The position numbers and the translations under genes were made by a program. From the NCBI GenBank assembly GCA_027728645.1, contig JAQCAA010000003.1, positions 1-41,790 of the forward strand: a stretch of 41,790 nucleotides of DNA. The letters run 5' to 3'. Each line of letters starts with the position of its first letter. Within the stretch, counting starts at the first letter, position 1. This DNA comes from Actinomycetota bacterium (GTDB lineage Bacteria > Actinomycetota > Acidimicrobiia > Spongiisociales > UBA5794). The notes under the pieces are model-generated. The model was not told the origin of the DNA and ran no database searches. It saw only the letters and a program-made list of their open reading frames with translations. Of the stretch, positions 41,252 to 41,790 are shown one piece after another.

Positions 41252-41325
41252 GCTGGCGTAGCTCAGTTGGCCAGAGCAGCCGCCTTGTAAGCGGCAGGTC
41301 ATGGGTTCGAGTCCCATCGCCAGCT
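41252..41325 (+). tRNA. tRNA-Thr(TGT)
   Basis: Acceptor GCTGGCG/CGCCAGC, anticodon arm GCCGC-CTTGTAA-GCGGC, T-arm ATGGG-TTCGAGT-CCCAT; CCA not encoded. Confidence 0.97.
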
Positions 41326-41334
41326 CAACTCGTC

Positions 41335-41448
41335 CAGAGGACAGACCGGTCGCTGTGCTCCCTTTCAGAGGACAGACCGGTCGCTGTGCTCCCTCACGGA
41401 CTTTCGTCCTCTGTCCTCTGACGTCTGTCCTCTGACTCCTGTCCTCTG
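41335..41448. repeat. Two 29-bp direct repeats plus a TCCTCTG-type heptamer array
   Basis: CAGAGGACAGACCGGTCGCTGTGCTCCCT at 41335-41363 and 41366-41394; six heptamers (TCCTCTG, TCCTCTG, ACGTCTG, TCCTCTG, ACTCCTG, TCCTCTG) at 41407-41448. Confidence 0.9.
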
Positions 41449-41471
41449 CCGTATCCGGTACAATCCGATTT

Positions 41472-41790
41472 GTGGACGACGAACACAATGGCGCTGGGGA
41501 ATCCTCCGATCATGACTTAGGGGCGGTTGTGCGGCGTCTGGGTATCTTTTCGTGGTCGATCATCGGAGTGCTGATTCTGACGTCCGGAGTCTTCTGGGCA
41601 CTCAGCCACGGTCGCATCATTCTTGCGCCGCTTCTGTTAGCGGTTGTCATTGTCTTTGTTCTGAACCCAATTGTGAGTTGGTTTGCAAATCGGGGGATTC
41701 CGAGGATTGTTGGGGCAATGATCGGGTTCCTTGCATTCTTCGCCGGCATCACCCTTATCGTGCTGATAGTCGCCCCAGGCATCGTCGAAC
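41472..41790 (+). CDS. AI-2E (PerM) family transporter, 3'-truncated by the window
   Basis: Own translation from GTG 41472: MDDEH...IILAPLLLAVVIVFVLNPIVSWFANRGIPRIVG...; TACAAT 7 nt upstream. Confidence 0.85.
   Translation, partial: MDDEHNGAGESSDHDLGAVVRRLGIFSWSIIGVLILTSGVFWALSHGRIILAPLLLAVVIVFVLNPIVSWFANRGIPRIVGAMIGFLAFFAGITLIVLIVAPGIVE

Noticed and set aside
41335-41394. CRISPR mini-array
   Set aside because: Only two repeats separated by 2 nt, with no spacers and no cas genes

Overview
High-GC bacterial chromosome segment with actinobacterial gene order and protein signatures (probably Acidimicrobiia-like; inference). It is mostly housekeeping: tandem His-phosphatase, PimB-like glycosyltransferase, topA-tmk-holB, acyltransferase, TIGR01777 epimerase, tRNA-Thr(CGT), cupin, SigH/SigR-like ECF sigma with RsrA-like anti-sigma, zinc metalloprotease-tilS-hpt-ftsH, DUF2520-panC-coaX-lysS, polyprenyl synthase, clpC, a BMP/nucleoside ABC transporter, radA-disA-carD-ispD-ispF, GDPD, cysS-rlmB, tRNA-Thr(TGT) and a partial AI-2E transporter. 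I see no CRISPR array, integrase or transposase. The most unusual features are: (1) a nested-hairpin insert of about 210 nt that splits the Lys-rich TopA tail and strands its apparent original end (PKKPAKKKS*) in frame downstream; (2) a putative pseudophosphatase and a degenerate FolK fused to a double-hotdog thioesterase where the fol genes usually follow ftsH; (3) a pan-motif-like hairpin leader on the pantothenate/CoA operon; (4) a DisA whose RHR motif reads RFR; (5) two families of intergenic palindromic or heptamer repeats; (6) several small, probably leaderless ORFs. All calls come from reading the sequence; no database searches or folding programs were run.
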